A DNA stretch of 64,000 nucleotides from Camelus ferus (taxonomy: Eukaryota). Under the pieces are notes generated by a model. It was not told the DNA's origin and made no database searches. It was given only the letters and a program-made list of their open reading frames with translations. The number at the start of each line of letters is the position of its first letter. Position 1 is the stretch's first letter. This document shows positions 50,849 to 64,000 of the stretch, piece after piece. Position numbers and translations under genes: made by a program. The stretch lies in the NCBI RefSeq assembly GCF_009834535.1, contig NC_045698.1, positions 5,644,001 to 5,708,000 of the forward strand, read 5' to 3'.

Positions 50849-51050
50849 AATGATTTATGACAAAGGTGACACTTGAGAGCAATCAGTGACAAATGATCTT
50901 TTCAATACATGGGTCCTTTCAATTGTATCTCCATGTAGATTAAAAAAAGAAAGCATCTTGGCCTCTATATCATATCACAAAGAAAATCAGTTGTGAGTGA
51001 CTTGTAAGTCTAAAAGTGAAAAGTGAAATACTGAATCTTCTAGAAGATAA

Positions 51051-51598
51051 CGTTGGGGAAGAAAATTTTTCCTCTACCCTTCTAGGATTTTCTGGCTGGT
51101 CTAAGAATTAAACTGACATGAGACAGATTAACAGGAGAAAATCAAACAAAAGTTTAATAATACTTATACATAAGAGAGACACAGAAAAACTGAGTAACTG
51201 GCCCAAATTGGTGAAACCCTCACCTTAAATATCATCTTCAGCTAAAGACAAAGAGGATGTTGTGGGTAGTGGTTTGGGACTTCAAAGGGGAGGAAGGCAA
51301 TTCACATGGAGTTGGGAGAGCAAAGTTGTGATAAACAAATATTTGCTGGGCCATTCAGAGACCCTGGGGCACAAAGTGAATGCTAATCTTTAGGCCCTGC
51401 CGGGAGTGCCCCCATGACACTTACCCTATGCTCTTTGCAGATGCCTTTGGCCATAGCGCTACCCCAGAAACAAATTAGGCAATTATGGGGAAGGTCAATT
51501 TTTTTTTTCATGAGTGTTTTGGGCCTTAATTGTTTTCAGGTTAAAATAATCCACATGCCAAGGAGGCCTTTTGGGGTGGTGAGTTTTGCTCCCCTACA
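51051..51598 (-). mobile_element. ERV1 solo LTR, MER34-like
   Basis: Exact TSD ataa (51047-51050, 51599-51602); reverse-complement similarity to 22604-23140. Confidence 0.88.
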
Positions 51599-51839
51599 AT
51601 AACATAGGAAAATATCCTTATAATTGTGGGCAGCTAAAAGATTTCTGAACAGGTCACAATGATCAGGTTATAAAATATAAAGATGTATAACATTCAAATT
51701 AAGGAGATGTGATATTAAAATATACCATTAAGAGTGTAGAAAGGCACATTCAAGGTAGAGAAGACATTTGTCTTGTGTGTACTGGCCAAGAGCCGTATCT
51801 CCAATGTATAATGATCTCCTATATGTCAATTTTCTCTGC

Positions 51840-52190
51840 TTGTATTTTATTTTGAAAAATTTCATATATCCAGCAAAGTTGAAATAATTTTCCAATGAAT
51901 TCCATTAGAGCCTACACCCAGTTTCTTCCGTTAATGTTTTACTTCTTAATCGCACACCTGTTCATGTATCCACCTCTCTATCCTTCCTTCAAGCCACTTT
52001 TATGCACTTCAATGTAAATTGCAGATATCACTACACATTTTCCTAAGTACTGCCTGCTTATCATTAGCTGGATTTCAATATTTGTTTGCAGGTTTGTGTA
52101 AAATTTACATGCAATGAAATGCATAAATCGTAAGTGTATGTTTGCTGGATTTTAACAAATGCTTACATGTGAGAAAACATTAATTTTACC
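51840..52190 (-). mobile_element. Old L1M 3'UTR fragments
   Basis: ttttgaaaaatttcatatatccagcaaagttgaaa; aatttacatgcaatgaaatgcataaatcgtaagtgta. Confidence 0.55.
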
Positions 52191-54134
52191 CTATAGGATA
52201 TTGAGACGCTGAAATTCATTGTGAGTGCAACAGCTTATATTAAGTCACAGGTAATTTCTCAAAGATGTAAAGAAAAGCCAGCAGACAAAGAGTCAATGTA
52301 TGAGAAAAATTTAAATAGCAATCCAACAGTGTTGTTTTTCCATCTGTTTCCATACTAGAATAATAAACTTAATGGTTTTTTAAAGTAGAATTCCATACGG
52401 AAAAGATAAAGTTATTAATTTATTTATCAATTACTCAGTGTGTTTGGACAAGTATACTTAAAACTCAGGTTAATGAGTTTTAGCTAAACTACAACAGTTT
52501 TAGCTAAACTGAATTCCATAAATCATAATTATAATACTAGCACAATAAAGCCATTGTTTGCATATAGGAAATATATAATTACATTATTCTTCCTAAAGGT
52601 ATACACAGTTTTCAGAATGCTAACTCAGTTAAAGAATTCAGTTAATTTAATTATGCAATATGGGTTTAGTTTTGGGTACTCTATTTAATTTTTAAAGCAT
52701 CCCTAATTAAAGTAGCACTACAAAAACGCCCAACACAATTTCTCTTCAATAAGCAAGCACCTTAAAAGTTATTTATGTAACTTAAATACAACTGCTGGCA
52801 ATTTAATAGCTGGCAAAAAAACGCATTTCATCATTGTTCATACATGCTAATAAATAGATACCAAGGAACATAAGCCTCTTTTTAAAAAGTCAAAATTAAT
52901 TTGGTCTCCATTTGTCATCTAATCCTAGAGAAACAATGATCTCATGTTGCTTCTTGGAAAAATAATTTTATTGGCCTGGGCTCTAATGAAAGCAATTATT
53001 TACAAATGAGGTAACTGATTCCAAGTTCAATGGCTCATCTGAGAAATTTGCCATCAGTAAGTGTTTAAAAACAAACAAACAAAAAACTAATTTCCACTTT
53101 TCCCCCCGTAGCAGAGAATCATTTAGTTTTGACCCAACTGAACCTACAGTTATTTTCTTCATCTGTTCAGACCAAATGGGCTGAGTCTACCCAACTGGAC
53201 AAGGGTTCAGTCAACCCAGAGATAACCAGACTGCAATTCATGTGGGCATCATTACTGCTAAATCTTTGTGATTTTGCTTCCTGTTTCTTTCTATGTACAT
53301 TTTAATCTGCTTTACCATCCAGACTTGAGATTTATTTTAAAAATAGCTTTAACTTTTGTAGGACTGCCATGGTATTGTGACCTTGAAACAGAGGATTAAC
53401 AAACCAATTAGCTGCGACTAGAAGTATTTTTTTGGACAGCAAGGCTATTTTTAAGTCTATATTTAGACATACAAAATGATATTTAATATTGTGGTAGGGA
53501 GAGCAATATTGCCTTATTAGGAAAAAAATAATACTGGCAGTTTTCAACAGAGAGAGGGAGGGAGAGAGCTCTTCCTTCCTGAAGCTGAGAAGCAGAGATT
53601 CCACCACTTTCTCATGGTTTTACTCAAAACTTATAGACACATACAACTTGAGTAAAGAACAAGCCCAAGGGGCTTGGGGAAAGGAGGTCAAAGTTAAGGT
53701 CTTCATATTTCAACAGCCCGGAACAAAAAAATCCCCCACATCATCATCTTCACCCTAATCAGCAAAAGCCGGGCGGTTAATCGTGGTGGGGATTTGGAGA
53801 GAATCCTGGGGGTCTCGTCATGAGGTCATTTTAAATGTCATCCTGGGAGAATTAAGAGTCTGTGTTATCAGCATCCATGAGCGTGAGATAATCAGGAAAT
53901 GATGAGAAAAGATAAAGAAAAGCCAAGAATTGAAGACCTAAAGGAGGAGCGTGGGAATGTCCTCTGGAGGAAGAAATGATGTGAAAGACGGAGAAAAGTA
54001 TCGACAAGCTTCCCACAGGCCATCCAGCGACTGTGTCGTCTCGTTCGTTTCCAAGACTGTGATTTATTCTCCTGCTTTTCTTGGTCCCTCATTTTTTTCT
54101 GCACATTCTTTTCACAGCTTAGAGTGCTTATCTT

Positions 54135-54948
54135 TTTTCAGGTTTATTGAGGTATAACTGATGGATAAATTTGTAAGAAATTAGAAGTGCGCATCATGGT
54201 GCTTTGATATGCAAATACACTGTGAAAGATTCCTCCCATTTAGTTAATTAACACATCTGTCACCTCACATATTTATCTTTTTTGTTGTTTTTGTTGAGAA
54301 CATTTAACTTCTACTCTCTTAGCAAATTTCAATTATATAGCAGAGTGTTATTAACTATAGTCACTATGTTACACGTTAGATCCTCTGACTTTATTCTTAT
54401 TCATCTTATAGCTGAAAATGTGTACCCTTTGCCAACCTCTCCTTATTTCCCCCCACCTCCCAGCCCCAGCAACCACTTTTCTATTCTCATTGTGTTATAT
54501 TTCTATGAGATTGGCTTCATTTAGCATAATGCCCTCAAGGTCCATCCATGTTGTTTCAAATGGCAGGATTTCCTTCCTTCTCATGGTTATTCCATTGTGT
54601 GTGTGTGTGTCTGTGTGTGTGGGGGTATGTGCGTGTGTGGGTATGTGCATGTGTGCACTCTATGCACATCTCTCTCTATATATATTTCTATATCTAGGTC
54701 TATATCTATATCTCATTTTCTTTTCTTTATCCTTTTACTGATGGATGCTTAGGTTGCTTCCGCATCTTGGCTATTGTGAGTAATGCTGCAAAGAACTTAG
54801 GTGTGTGGATATTTCCTTGAGCTCCTGTTTTCATTTCCTTTAGAGATACACCCAGAAGTGGGATTCTGGTTCTTATGGAAGTTCTATTTTATGAGGAACC
54901 TCCATGCTGTTTTCCATAGCGGCTGCACCAATTTACATTCCCACCAAG
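54135..54948 (-). mobile_element. L1MA9-like 3' end with internal (TG)n
   Basis: tttattgaggtataactga, ctactctcttagcaaatttcaattata, ggctgcaccaatttacattcccacca. Confidence 0.9.
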
Positions 54949-56989
54949 AAAAGTTATTTTTTGACATTTCAACTTAAAATGATGGGTCGGTCAACAATAA
55001 TAACAAAAAACAAAGTCCCCCCCACCCCACGGCTTACTTTGCATCTCTGGCTGTGGGGGGTCCTACGTGAGCTTCCTTGACCTTTCCCCTTGAGACCCCT
55101 GTGAAGGTCTAACATGGATCCAATACATTTTGTATCTCAAGAGAAATCAGTGTACCCACATTAATGAAAAGGAGGGCTTTGCAACTTGGTCTCAGGGTGG
55201 GAGAGTTGCCAATATGCCAGTGAGAGTGCTAACAAAGAGGCCAAAAGATGCAGACAGGCTGGATGCCTCCCATTTGGCACATCAGGTAGATGTGCCAACA
55301 CAGAGACATTGATGGGAAATGAACCACATAGGAGCTCCCAAATGCCCTGAATTGATTTAATGTCTCTGCTTTGTTGTAAATAATAAAGGCACCATCTGAA
55401 AGAGAAAGAGCTATTGCCAAATCTTCAAAAGGAAGAAAATGGCTTAAAAAACCAAACCTCTATTACAGGAGCACTTAGCTATGTGGAATCCTGCTTCAGA
55501 ACCCGTGGCAGTTGGTGAGATGGGTAATGAGTCTTATATTCTGATATAAAAATTGATTGTAACATTTCAGCAAAAATAATAATTGGTTATTTAAAAATAA
55601 CTATTTTTCAAAGTTTTACAGACACTATATTCATAAAACAGTCAGTAAAACTTCCTAAACTACCTTTCCCTGGAAACTACTGTTCCCTGAAGTATTTATT
55701 GAGAAGATAAACACACAGTGTTTACCAGCTCCATTTTTTACGATGCTCTTGAAAACTAACCTTTTTATTTTCAATGGAAGAGAATTGTTTGATTGTTAAC
55801 TAGTATGTACTCATAGCTACCCTTTCCCATAATATTATAAGGAAAAAGCTTTTTGCTATGATAAGACTGACATTAGTCGGTACTTGTAAAGTCTCAATGG
55901 AATTACTTTGCTTTGGAGATTTTATTTTTCAAGGTAAAGTAGCTTCAAATGTTACAAATGCTTTTCACCTTCCACAAAAACCTCCCAGCCCCAAGAACAA
56001 GAAACACCCATGCACACCAGGGTGTACCTGTAACTGTCTAGCAAAACCTCATCAGCAGGTATTTTTTTCACATCTCTATAAAGAAAGAGTTAGATTCTAG
56101 TTTGTCATTTTTTAATGTAATTTACCAAGGGGGAAACTCTACAAGATGTAATGCTTTGTCTCCAGGTTTCTATTACCTCAACTTGATTTAAAATCCAGGC
56201 TCAACAGGATTAAGTGCATAGACCTGAGACAGCAGAGGTATATTTGCACACTCACTTAATCTTCAATTAAGATGACATCTTCCTTTAGTTGAAACCCCAT
56301 TCAAACAACAGTGAGAGCATTTTTCTAGGTGAAGAAGCAAAACCATATGTTGAATGCAATCATGGATAGATTGTATCAGTCTCAGAACATCAATATTATA
56401 AGGATTTTATAGAATATTGATTGATTTAATGTGAGATACAATAAATCTTAGCAGAAAAGTCAGAAGTGATTAATAGTAGTTTAATGCTTTTTAGAATTTT
56501 TCTCTGCAAAAGTCTTTAAACTAAAAATTGCACTTGGAGTACAGAACCTTAAGAATCTTTTAATGAATAGTTTTTACATAGAGTGTTGTGATGAGACTAT
56601 CTTCATTCAGGGCTCTTGGGAATTATAATGCAAGAGTAGGAAATAGAGAGCAGATGAGCTGAACTGCAGTGAATTGTCTTCATTTGTAACATACTTTTTA
56701 TGCTAAATAAGTAAGACATTTGATATCCAGAATTTCATGGGAAATAAAGGATGCTCCTAACAGGGTACACTTAAGCTGCCCACTGGTGACCCTAGAAGCC
56801 CTTAGCACTTTTTCTGTTTTCTGTTGAGCCAAAATATCATTCAGGATACAAATGGTCCTTGAGGTTAGGAGAAACAAGAGGAAGAGTGATGATGGGGTCC
56901 ACCTACTCTAATTGGAAGACTAATTTTTGAAGAGTAATTTTTGAAGCTAAAATATCACCAGCAAAACCCCTAATACTGTCTAACATACT

Positions 56990-57330
56990 AAGATGCTAAA
57001 ATCCACTCTCCCCTCTTGAGCACAGAGATGGACTGTTTCCCATACACCCTGCTGTTAGGTGTTGTCATGTGACTGGGTCCTCCCAATGGAATGTTGATGG
57101 AAATGATATGGGTCTACTGTCTTTAAGAAAACCTCCCATGCCAGGTTCTCCATCCTCCTACTCCTTCCAGCTGACTGGCATGGCAAGCCCACACACCCTT
57201 GGAAACCACACATTTAAAGTGGCAGAGCAGCTGGAGCTGCTGTCGTGCAAGCAAGAAATAAACTATTATTCTAGTCTTCATACTTTTGGTCCTTTATTGT
57301 AACGACAGTTTAGAATACCCTAGTGAATGC
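56990..57330 (+). mobile_element. Old MaLR (MLT1-type) LTR fragment
   Basis: gctgttaggtgttgtcatgtgactgggtcc...aatggaatgt...gcaagaaataaact...ttattgtaacgacagtttagaataccctagtgaatgca. Confidence 0.65.
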
Positions 57331-58155
57331 AGCAGATAATAAAAGTTCACTGAAATTGTAACAAGTCACATTTGGTTTTGTTTAACCATTCCCAACTGGA
57401 CTACAGGCAGCCAGGGTGAAGATCTTTAGCAGAAAGTCCTTCTTTCAAGAATCCAGACATTACTTCCAACTTCAGCTTCACAAATTCCCACAACTTATTC
57501 AGGTGAAGATTTATGATCTTTCCCTTCTACGTCTATGTCACTATTTGAATTTTCTCTAATGTCAGCATAAGAATTTTATAAACCACTAAACAAAGAAACT
57601 GAAAAGGGAAAGAGAATATCTCCAAAAATTGATGAAATAGCCTTGTTAGGGAACATGCGAATTATCAAGATGGCTCCCCCAAAACTTCCCTGAACACCAG
57701 ATTTTTTTAGTTTATGTCCTTTTGGAGTTCTGAGCTAATTCAAATGAAAAAATATTGGAAATCTGTGGGAAAACATACCCTCTGGTTGTAATGAAAGAGG
57801 TTTGTCTTCTACAGGAAGCCAATTGCCTGGACCATGTTCTAGAGCCCACTGCTGTCCCTCTAAACAAAAACAACACACTATTCTCTTTGTGTCTTCACTA
57901 CTTCCCATTCCCTAATTTCTCCTCTGTTAGCTCGTCCCAATCTGCACAACTAAACTACACGAAAGAACAGTTTACACTTTCTGCGGCCATTTCTGCACTT
58001 TTGATTCCATCCTCAATTCACTGCAGTCTGGCTCTGTTCCTCCTTCACAATGGAGCTGTTCTGGTCAGTCCTCCTATGACCCATGTGTGATTTTCCCTTT
58101 TGCAACCTCAGTTACATCATCCTCCCTCTCTTCTGTGGATCTTGTGGCACCATCC

Positions 58156-58674
58156 TGTTGACTGAAAAAAATGCACAACCTAAAAGTTGAGAGTTATGTT
58201 TTAACTGGCAGACTTTCTGAGGACTTCAAGCCTGGGAGGCAGCCTCTCAGACAGACATAAGGGACTGCTTCTAAGAGATGAGGGAGGAGCCAGGATATAT
58301 AAGAGTTTTGTAACAAAAACCAGGTAGTCAGAACATCAAAAGATAAATGTTAATTAAAGAAAACTACGCATCTCAAGTTAATGAATTTAGTGCTTTTAAA
58401 TGTGTAGGAAGATGCAAGAGTTTGGGCTCCTTGAAATCATTTCTTTGATGTGCACCTAGTTATCGAGGGCCGATCTCCTGTGCTTTCCCATCCTGAGTCC
58501 CCTCAGGGAGCACCGTTGGGGGTGCTGCATGGCTGACTGCTTGATGGTCGGCATCCTGTTTCCGTCCTGAGTTCCCTTCGGGCTCATTGTTGGGAGGTGG
58601 CTGTAATGACTGATGGCTTGATGGCTGCAACATCCTTTGAATACTGATAGGGCAGGTGGCATTCTCAGTCCACA
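58156..58674 (-). mobile_element. ERV1 solo LTR (family shared with 16829-17431)
   Basis: tgttgactgaaaaaaatgcacaacctaaaag...ctcagtccaca; TSD atcc/gtcc. Confidence 0.88.
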
Positions 58675-59099
58675 GTCCCTTCCTGGTCTTACACCTAACT
58701 TCCCTGTTTCTTCATTAGTCTCCTTTGCATCTTCCCCTCAACAGATGGTGTCATTCCAAAGGTTTTGATACTTGTCTTTATTCCTCTGTCTCTATCTGCT
58801 TTCTTTGTCTTATCTCAGGCAACTTTCTAGCTTTACCACACAACCGTCAAGTTTCCTCAAATGTCCACTGTCATGCAGACCAATATCGTGGGGGCCAGAA
58901 ACTCATTCATTTTTCTACTGCACATCCTCATTCAAACTCAAACTGTTTGGCACTTGACTTAACATTTCCCCTCATTACTGCTACCAACTCCCATCCCCTC
59001 CATCGTGGACTCTGATCTTCCTCCTACCTTACACTAACAATTTCCCTCTTGCCCAAGGTCAAGATTGAGACACACTCTTTCATCACTGAGCTCTTGAAT

Positions 59100-59203
59100 T
59101 CTGCCATACTGCACAACTTCATCAAGACTTTTATGCAGATATAATGGCAATGGCATCCTTGGATTGGCCAGTGCACAGCCTGCACAGCTGTGTGGGGTGG
59201 GCT
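59100..59203. mobile_element. hAT MER91-like fragment
   Basis: actgcacaact ... agtgcacagcctgcacagctgt resembles recalled MER91A termini. Confidence 0.5.
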
Positions 59204-60914
59204 GTTACCTTCCTTCTCCCTCATCATCAACATTCAATCACCAAATATGTTTAGCTCTGCTTCTGAAATAGCTCTTGCATCTCTCCATTTTCCTCATCCC
59301 ATTCCTGGTGGAGTTTTTAGTCATCTTTGTCCTTGACTGTGGATCGAGCCCTCTGGCTTGTCTCCTGTGCTCATGCTACCCCTCCAGTCTCTGCAGCCAG
59401 AGGGCCATTTGTAAACTCAATCATGGGACTTAAACTCTTCAATGGCTCCCCCTGGCCCTGCAGAGAACAAGCAAAGGCTCTCAAGTCCTCCACATTCAGT
59501 CCCTCCTCCCTCATCCTCACTGCTCTTCCTCCAGGGTCCTGTCTTGGTGACTTCCTTCACTTGTTCCAAAGATGCCAAGCTTTCTCACCCACAGCCTTTG
59601 CTGTGTCCTGTACCGTCTTTCCCACCCTCATTCTTCACCCATGGTTTAGGTCTCACCTTAAATATCCATTCATAAGGAATCCCTCCTGGGACCTTGGTCC
59701 AGCCTGAACTGGCTGGTCTGCTTACATTCCTCACTACATCATGACTGAGGGTTACAGTGATTAGTTTTCATTGTGTCTCCCAGGAAGACAGGGGGCTTCT
59801 TCACCAGCATAGCCCTGGCCTCTGGTAGGTACTTAAAACATCGCTGCTAATTGGAGAATTTCTATTATGCCCTTAGAATCTCAAATATATATGTTAAAAA
59901 ACACAAAAATTTAAATTTGTTACCTTTTGCAATACTATGATTTCTGAGACAAGTTAGGTGTTTAAATTGTCTTTTCTCAGCTGGATTCTGAAAAGAACAA
60001 GTTTCTCAAGGGTAAATAAAAATAAAAAAGGCTCAGAGTTTTGAAAGTTAAATTTAATGACCTCCAAACTGAAATCTGCACTAAAAACAAGTGTTTTTGC
60101 TCAGGCAGTGAGTGGCGTGACAGCTTTCCTGAGGAAGATAAAGTGGTTTCTTTTTTTATTCAAAATATGCTTCTCACTGAAATCCTTAAAATTTAATTTC
60201 CATGTGGGAGGGGAACTACATTAATAAGCGAAAAGACTCATCATTTACCAAGTCTGTGGATTTAGCAGAAATAGTCCAGAGACCTAACGCTGTGGGAAGA
60301 CATACGGCATATTATCCTATGCCTGTGTTGTTTTGTTTTGTTCTGCTCTGTTTTCTTATGTCCCAAGGGAATAGTTTATATTTTCCTATTATTTCTTTTT
60401 CTCACTTCCCTTCATAAATTATGCCCAGGATCTATAAATGACCAAATATAAAAGTGTGTCCTTGCTGAATACAGGCCCTGAAAGAAAAATACATTCCTAC
60501 CTTAAAATGAAATGAAACACCTCTCCAAAGAGAATTCATTATTAGAAACTCTTGGATATTTATTTTGACATGCAATTGTTTGAACCAACACTGGAACCTA
60601 TAAATCGTTTCTTGAAATGACTAAATAGCTAAAAATGTTTGCATGCTTGTTTTTGGCTTCTGACTTTATTTTATCTTCTAGACTTTGATGAGGGTTTCTC
60701 AGATTCTTAGGTTAGAATTCTCCTGGTCATGGATTCTCCAGTGAAGACTACAGGTCCCTGGAAAGTAGGGACCGTCCCCAGCTGTGTCATTGCAGAGCCT
60801 GGATTCCCTCTTCCAGAAAAGGTCTATCAATTCTGTCAAAAAAGACATAGATGGCACTACTAGAAAGTATAGGAATCCTGAAAAATATTACATGAATTGT
60901 ATGCATTGGGTTGA

Positions 60915-61236
60915 CTATATGCTCCTGTACAAAAGAGATATGATGCAAACCACATGTGCAATTAAAATTTTTCTAGAACAAGTAGAACAAGGAAAACAAG
61001 ACAGGTGGAATTCATTTTAATAGTATGACATTTATTCCTATATATCCAGAATGTTATCATTTAAACATGTAATAACTTTAAGAAGCATAAATGAGATATT
61101 TTACATTTTTTTCTAAAAAATCTTCACAATCCAGTGTATATTTTACACTGAAAGCTCATCTCAGTTTAGACTAGTCACACCTGAAATGCTCAATAGCCAC
61201 ATGTGAATAGTTGGTGCTATTTTGGAGAGAACAGGT
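60915..61236. mobile_element. hAT-Charlie MER33-like
   Basis: aatccagtgtatattttacact...catctcagtttagactagtcaca...aatgctcaatagccacatgtg. Confidence 0.8.
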
Positions 61237-61604
61237 CTAGACATTCAAAAATGGGGGCATGGTTGGGACCAGAACAACCAGAAAAGGCTTTTGGAAGGAG
61301 AGCCCTCCTAGCGCATCTTCTCTTTACTGTTGGTTCCAACAGCAAGAAGAACAAGCAGTTCATTTTCAGGGAACTGGCTTGGGGTACGGGAGTGGCCGAG
61401 CTGAGACCACGTCTCTCACTACCACAGATAGTGGCTGAGATGTGATACCAGCCTAGGTGCGGAGAGTGGAAACAGAATCACTGGAGGGAATTGAAGAAGA
61501 CAGAGAGACTCAAAATTAAAGCTACATGAGATTGTTGCCTAATGGAGTTACTCAAAATTTATGTTTCTTTTATGTTTACTGGACTTTTTACTACAAGAGT
61601 TTGT

Positions 61605-64000
61605 TTTATTTTAACTTTTTATTTTAGAATAGTTTATATGGATACAAAAGAAAGATACAACCCACATACTTCTCCCCTTACAGAGTCCCTGTTATTAATA
61701 TCTTATATTGACTATTGGTCAAAAATTATAAACCAAAGTGAATAAAATATTAACTGAAGTCCATGCATTATTCAGATTCCCTCAGTTTTTACTGCATGTC
61801 CTCCTCTGTTCCGGACCAGAGGACCGGAGACTACATTTACTTGGCATGTCTCCTTAGGCTTCTCTTGGCTGTGACAGTTTCTTGGACTGTTTTCCATGAC
61901 CTTGACTTTTTTGAGAAGTACTGGGCAAGTGTTCAGCACAATGTCCTTCAATAGGGATCTGTCTGATGATTTTTCTCATTAGACTGGGGCAGGACCACAG
62001 TGGCACAGTGCCACTCTACTACATCACCAGGGCACCTACTATCAACATGAATTATCACTGTTGGTGTTAACTTTGATCACCGGGCTGAGATGGTGTTGCT
62101 AGATTTCTCCACTGGGTAGCTACTTTATTTCCTCTTCATCCCATTTTGTGCTCTTTGGGAGTCACTGTGTTTAGCTCACACTTATGAAGTGGAGAGCTCT
62201 GCTTCACCTCATTGAGGGTGGAGTATCCACAGACATGACTTGGAATTATTCTATTTGGGATGGTTATATATTCTCCCCCATTTATTTGTTGATTAAATCA
62301 GATGTTTATTTTAGTGTGGACCCATGGATGTTAATTTTATACTTTTGGTTAAGTCCAGTACTACTTTATTTATTTATTTTTGTTCAAATCAGTAGCTTTG
62401 GCCATTGGGACCTTTTTCAGTTGGCCCCTGTCCTTTTGACATACTCCTATTATTGTGGTGTCTTGGCGCACTTTTATACTTTCTGGCACTACAGGATGCT
62501 GCAGACTCATCTTGAATGCTTCCTGCCCCAGTCCAAAAACCAGCCATTTCTCTAGAGCGACCTGGTTCCCTTTATTGGAGAATGGCATTAGAAACTAAAA
62601 TCTGTGTATTGGTTGTGCTCATTGCTCTGGGGCATCATTGCTTCTAGACTCTCTAGGCTTACAGAGCAAGGATGTATATGTATGTATTATGTATACTAGC
62701 ACATGGACATACCCACATCTATGAACATTTCTCTGTGTATCTGTCTCTCTTTATGTTAAGTTAAACATGAGTTCACACTGATGTCCAATTCTAATCAATT
62801 TCCATGTGGATTATTCTGGACTATTCCACAGCTTTATCTGTAACCTACTTCAGTGCGAAACCTGACTCCCACCACCTGCCATTCATTTACTTGATTCTTC
62901 AATACCAATATCCATGTAGAGTGGTTTTAGAGGTGTTACGTCTTACCTCTGTAGCAACAACTTTATCAAATCGAGTATGGTGCTTCTGTACATTTCTTTG
63001 TGCTTTTCGTCTTCAAGAGTTCACTCCTTTTCAAAGTTATCTAGGCCAGCCCTTCTTCCCTCTTCTTCAAGGAGATTGTTTTATGCATTTGTAATGTAGT
63101 TCAATTCTTTTGCTGTATTCTGCATCCCATCCTGGGATTTTCTGACCTCCTAAATGATTTCTTAATATTTTCTTACCTTAAGGCTCACTCTTTGTGTGGT
63201 AAATTTCTGTGAACTTTGGCAAATGCATTGTGTCACTTGTCCACCGTTACTGCATCAGGCAGAATAGCTTATTGCCATAAAAAATCCCCTGTGCTTCACA
63301 TATTCAATCTTCCCTGACCTCAGATTCTTGACAACCACTTATCTGATTGCCATCTTTATATTGTTGCCTTTTCCACAATGTCATATAAATGGAATCACAC
63401 AGTAGATCACCTTTCAGACTGACTTCTTTTACTTAGCAATATGCATTTAAGATAGATCCATGTTTTTACATGTTTTCATAGCTCATTTCTATTTATTTGT
63501 GAATACTAGTCCATTCTATGGATATATTACTGTTTGTTTATCTATTTGCCTATTGAAGGATCTCGGTTGCTTCAAGATTTTGGTGATTATAAATAAATGC
63601 TATAAATATTCACATACAGATTTTGTGTGGCCACAAGTTTTCCAATCAACCCAATTGCTGGGTGGTTTGGTAAGACTATGTTTAACTTTGACAGAAACTA
63701 CCAATCTCTCCCCAAATGACGATCATTTTGCACCACCACAAGCTACATCTGTGACAGCAATTGTTACTGTCACTCTTTTGGGGGGGATTTTAGATGTTCT
63801 AATAGGTGTGTAGTGATGCCTCATTTTCATTTTACTGTTGAGAAATAATTTTGAGCATCTTTTCATAGGCTTATTTGCCATCTATATGTCTTCATTGGTG
63901 AGGTGTCTGTTCAGATCTTTTGCTCATTTTTTGACTGAGTGGTTTGTTCTCCTGTTTTTGAGTTTGAAGAGTTCTTTGCATATTTTGGATCAGTCATTAT
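61605..64000 (-). mobile_element. Long L1MC/MD-type element (3'UTR into ORF2), runs off the window end
   Basis: ccatgaccttgactttttgagaagtactgg, cagccatttctctagagc, gagcatcttttcataggcttatttgccatc...ggtgaggtgtctgttcagatcttttgc. Confidence 0.88.

Larger units (their letters stand above)
49600..51830 (+). mobile_element. Highly degraded L1M ORF2, interrupted by a minisatellite and an LTR
   Basis: aagacaatatggcatcagtgt...accaggccaatagaagggatagaaa, tttatgacaaaggt, cttctagaagataa|cataggaaaatatc. Confidence 0.7.
57900..59850 (+). mobile_element. Degraded L2, interrupted by an LTR and a MER91-like element
   Basis: C/T-rich L2 motifs: caatcaccaaatatg, cttaaactcttcaatggctcccc, agccctggcctctggtaggtacttaaaaca. 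Confidence 0.65.

Noticed and set aside
50332..50882. Four overlapping 118-159-aa ORFs
   Set aside because: Stop-free CA/TG repeat translation

Overview
This is repeat-rich mammalian non-coding DNA, most likely from a camelid (alpaca, llama or camel). The main evidence is a Vic-1-type tRNA-derived SINE at ~46.94-47.06 kb, plus artiodactyl-type L1 3' ends. I find no supportable protein-coding gene: the ORF-track entries are microsatellite read-throughs, L1 ORF2 remnants or chance ORFs. The window is a mosaic of ancient repeats (L2, MIR, L1M*, MLT1, LTR40, MER8, MER58, MER33, MER91), at least ten solo LTRs (several with exact TSDs) and younger lineage L1 3' ends, two of them 5'-inverted. Unique stretches between them carry homeodomain-type motifs that look like developmental enhancers. 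The most striking unexplained structure is a 198/200-identical inverted repeat (39146-39345 / 40231-40430) around an 885-bp unique spacer, with microhomology hairpins at both junctions of the apparently derived copy. Also notable are a tailless 5'-half tRNA-Cys retrocopy with TSD (13479-13513) and a perfect 33-bp palindrome (25180-25212). Repeat family names come from recalled consensus similarity and need RepeatMasker/Dfam confirmation.
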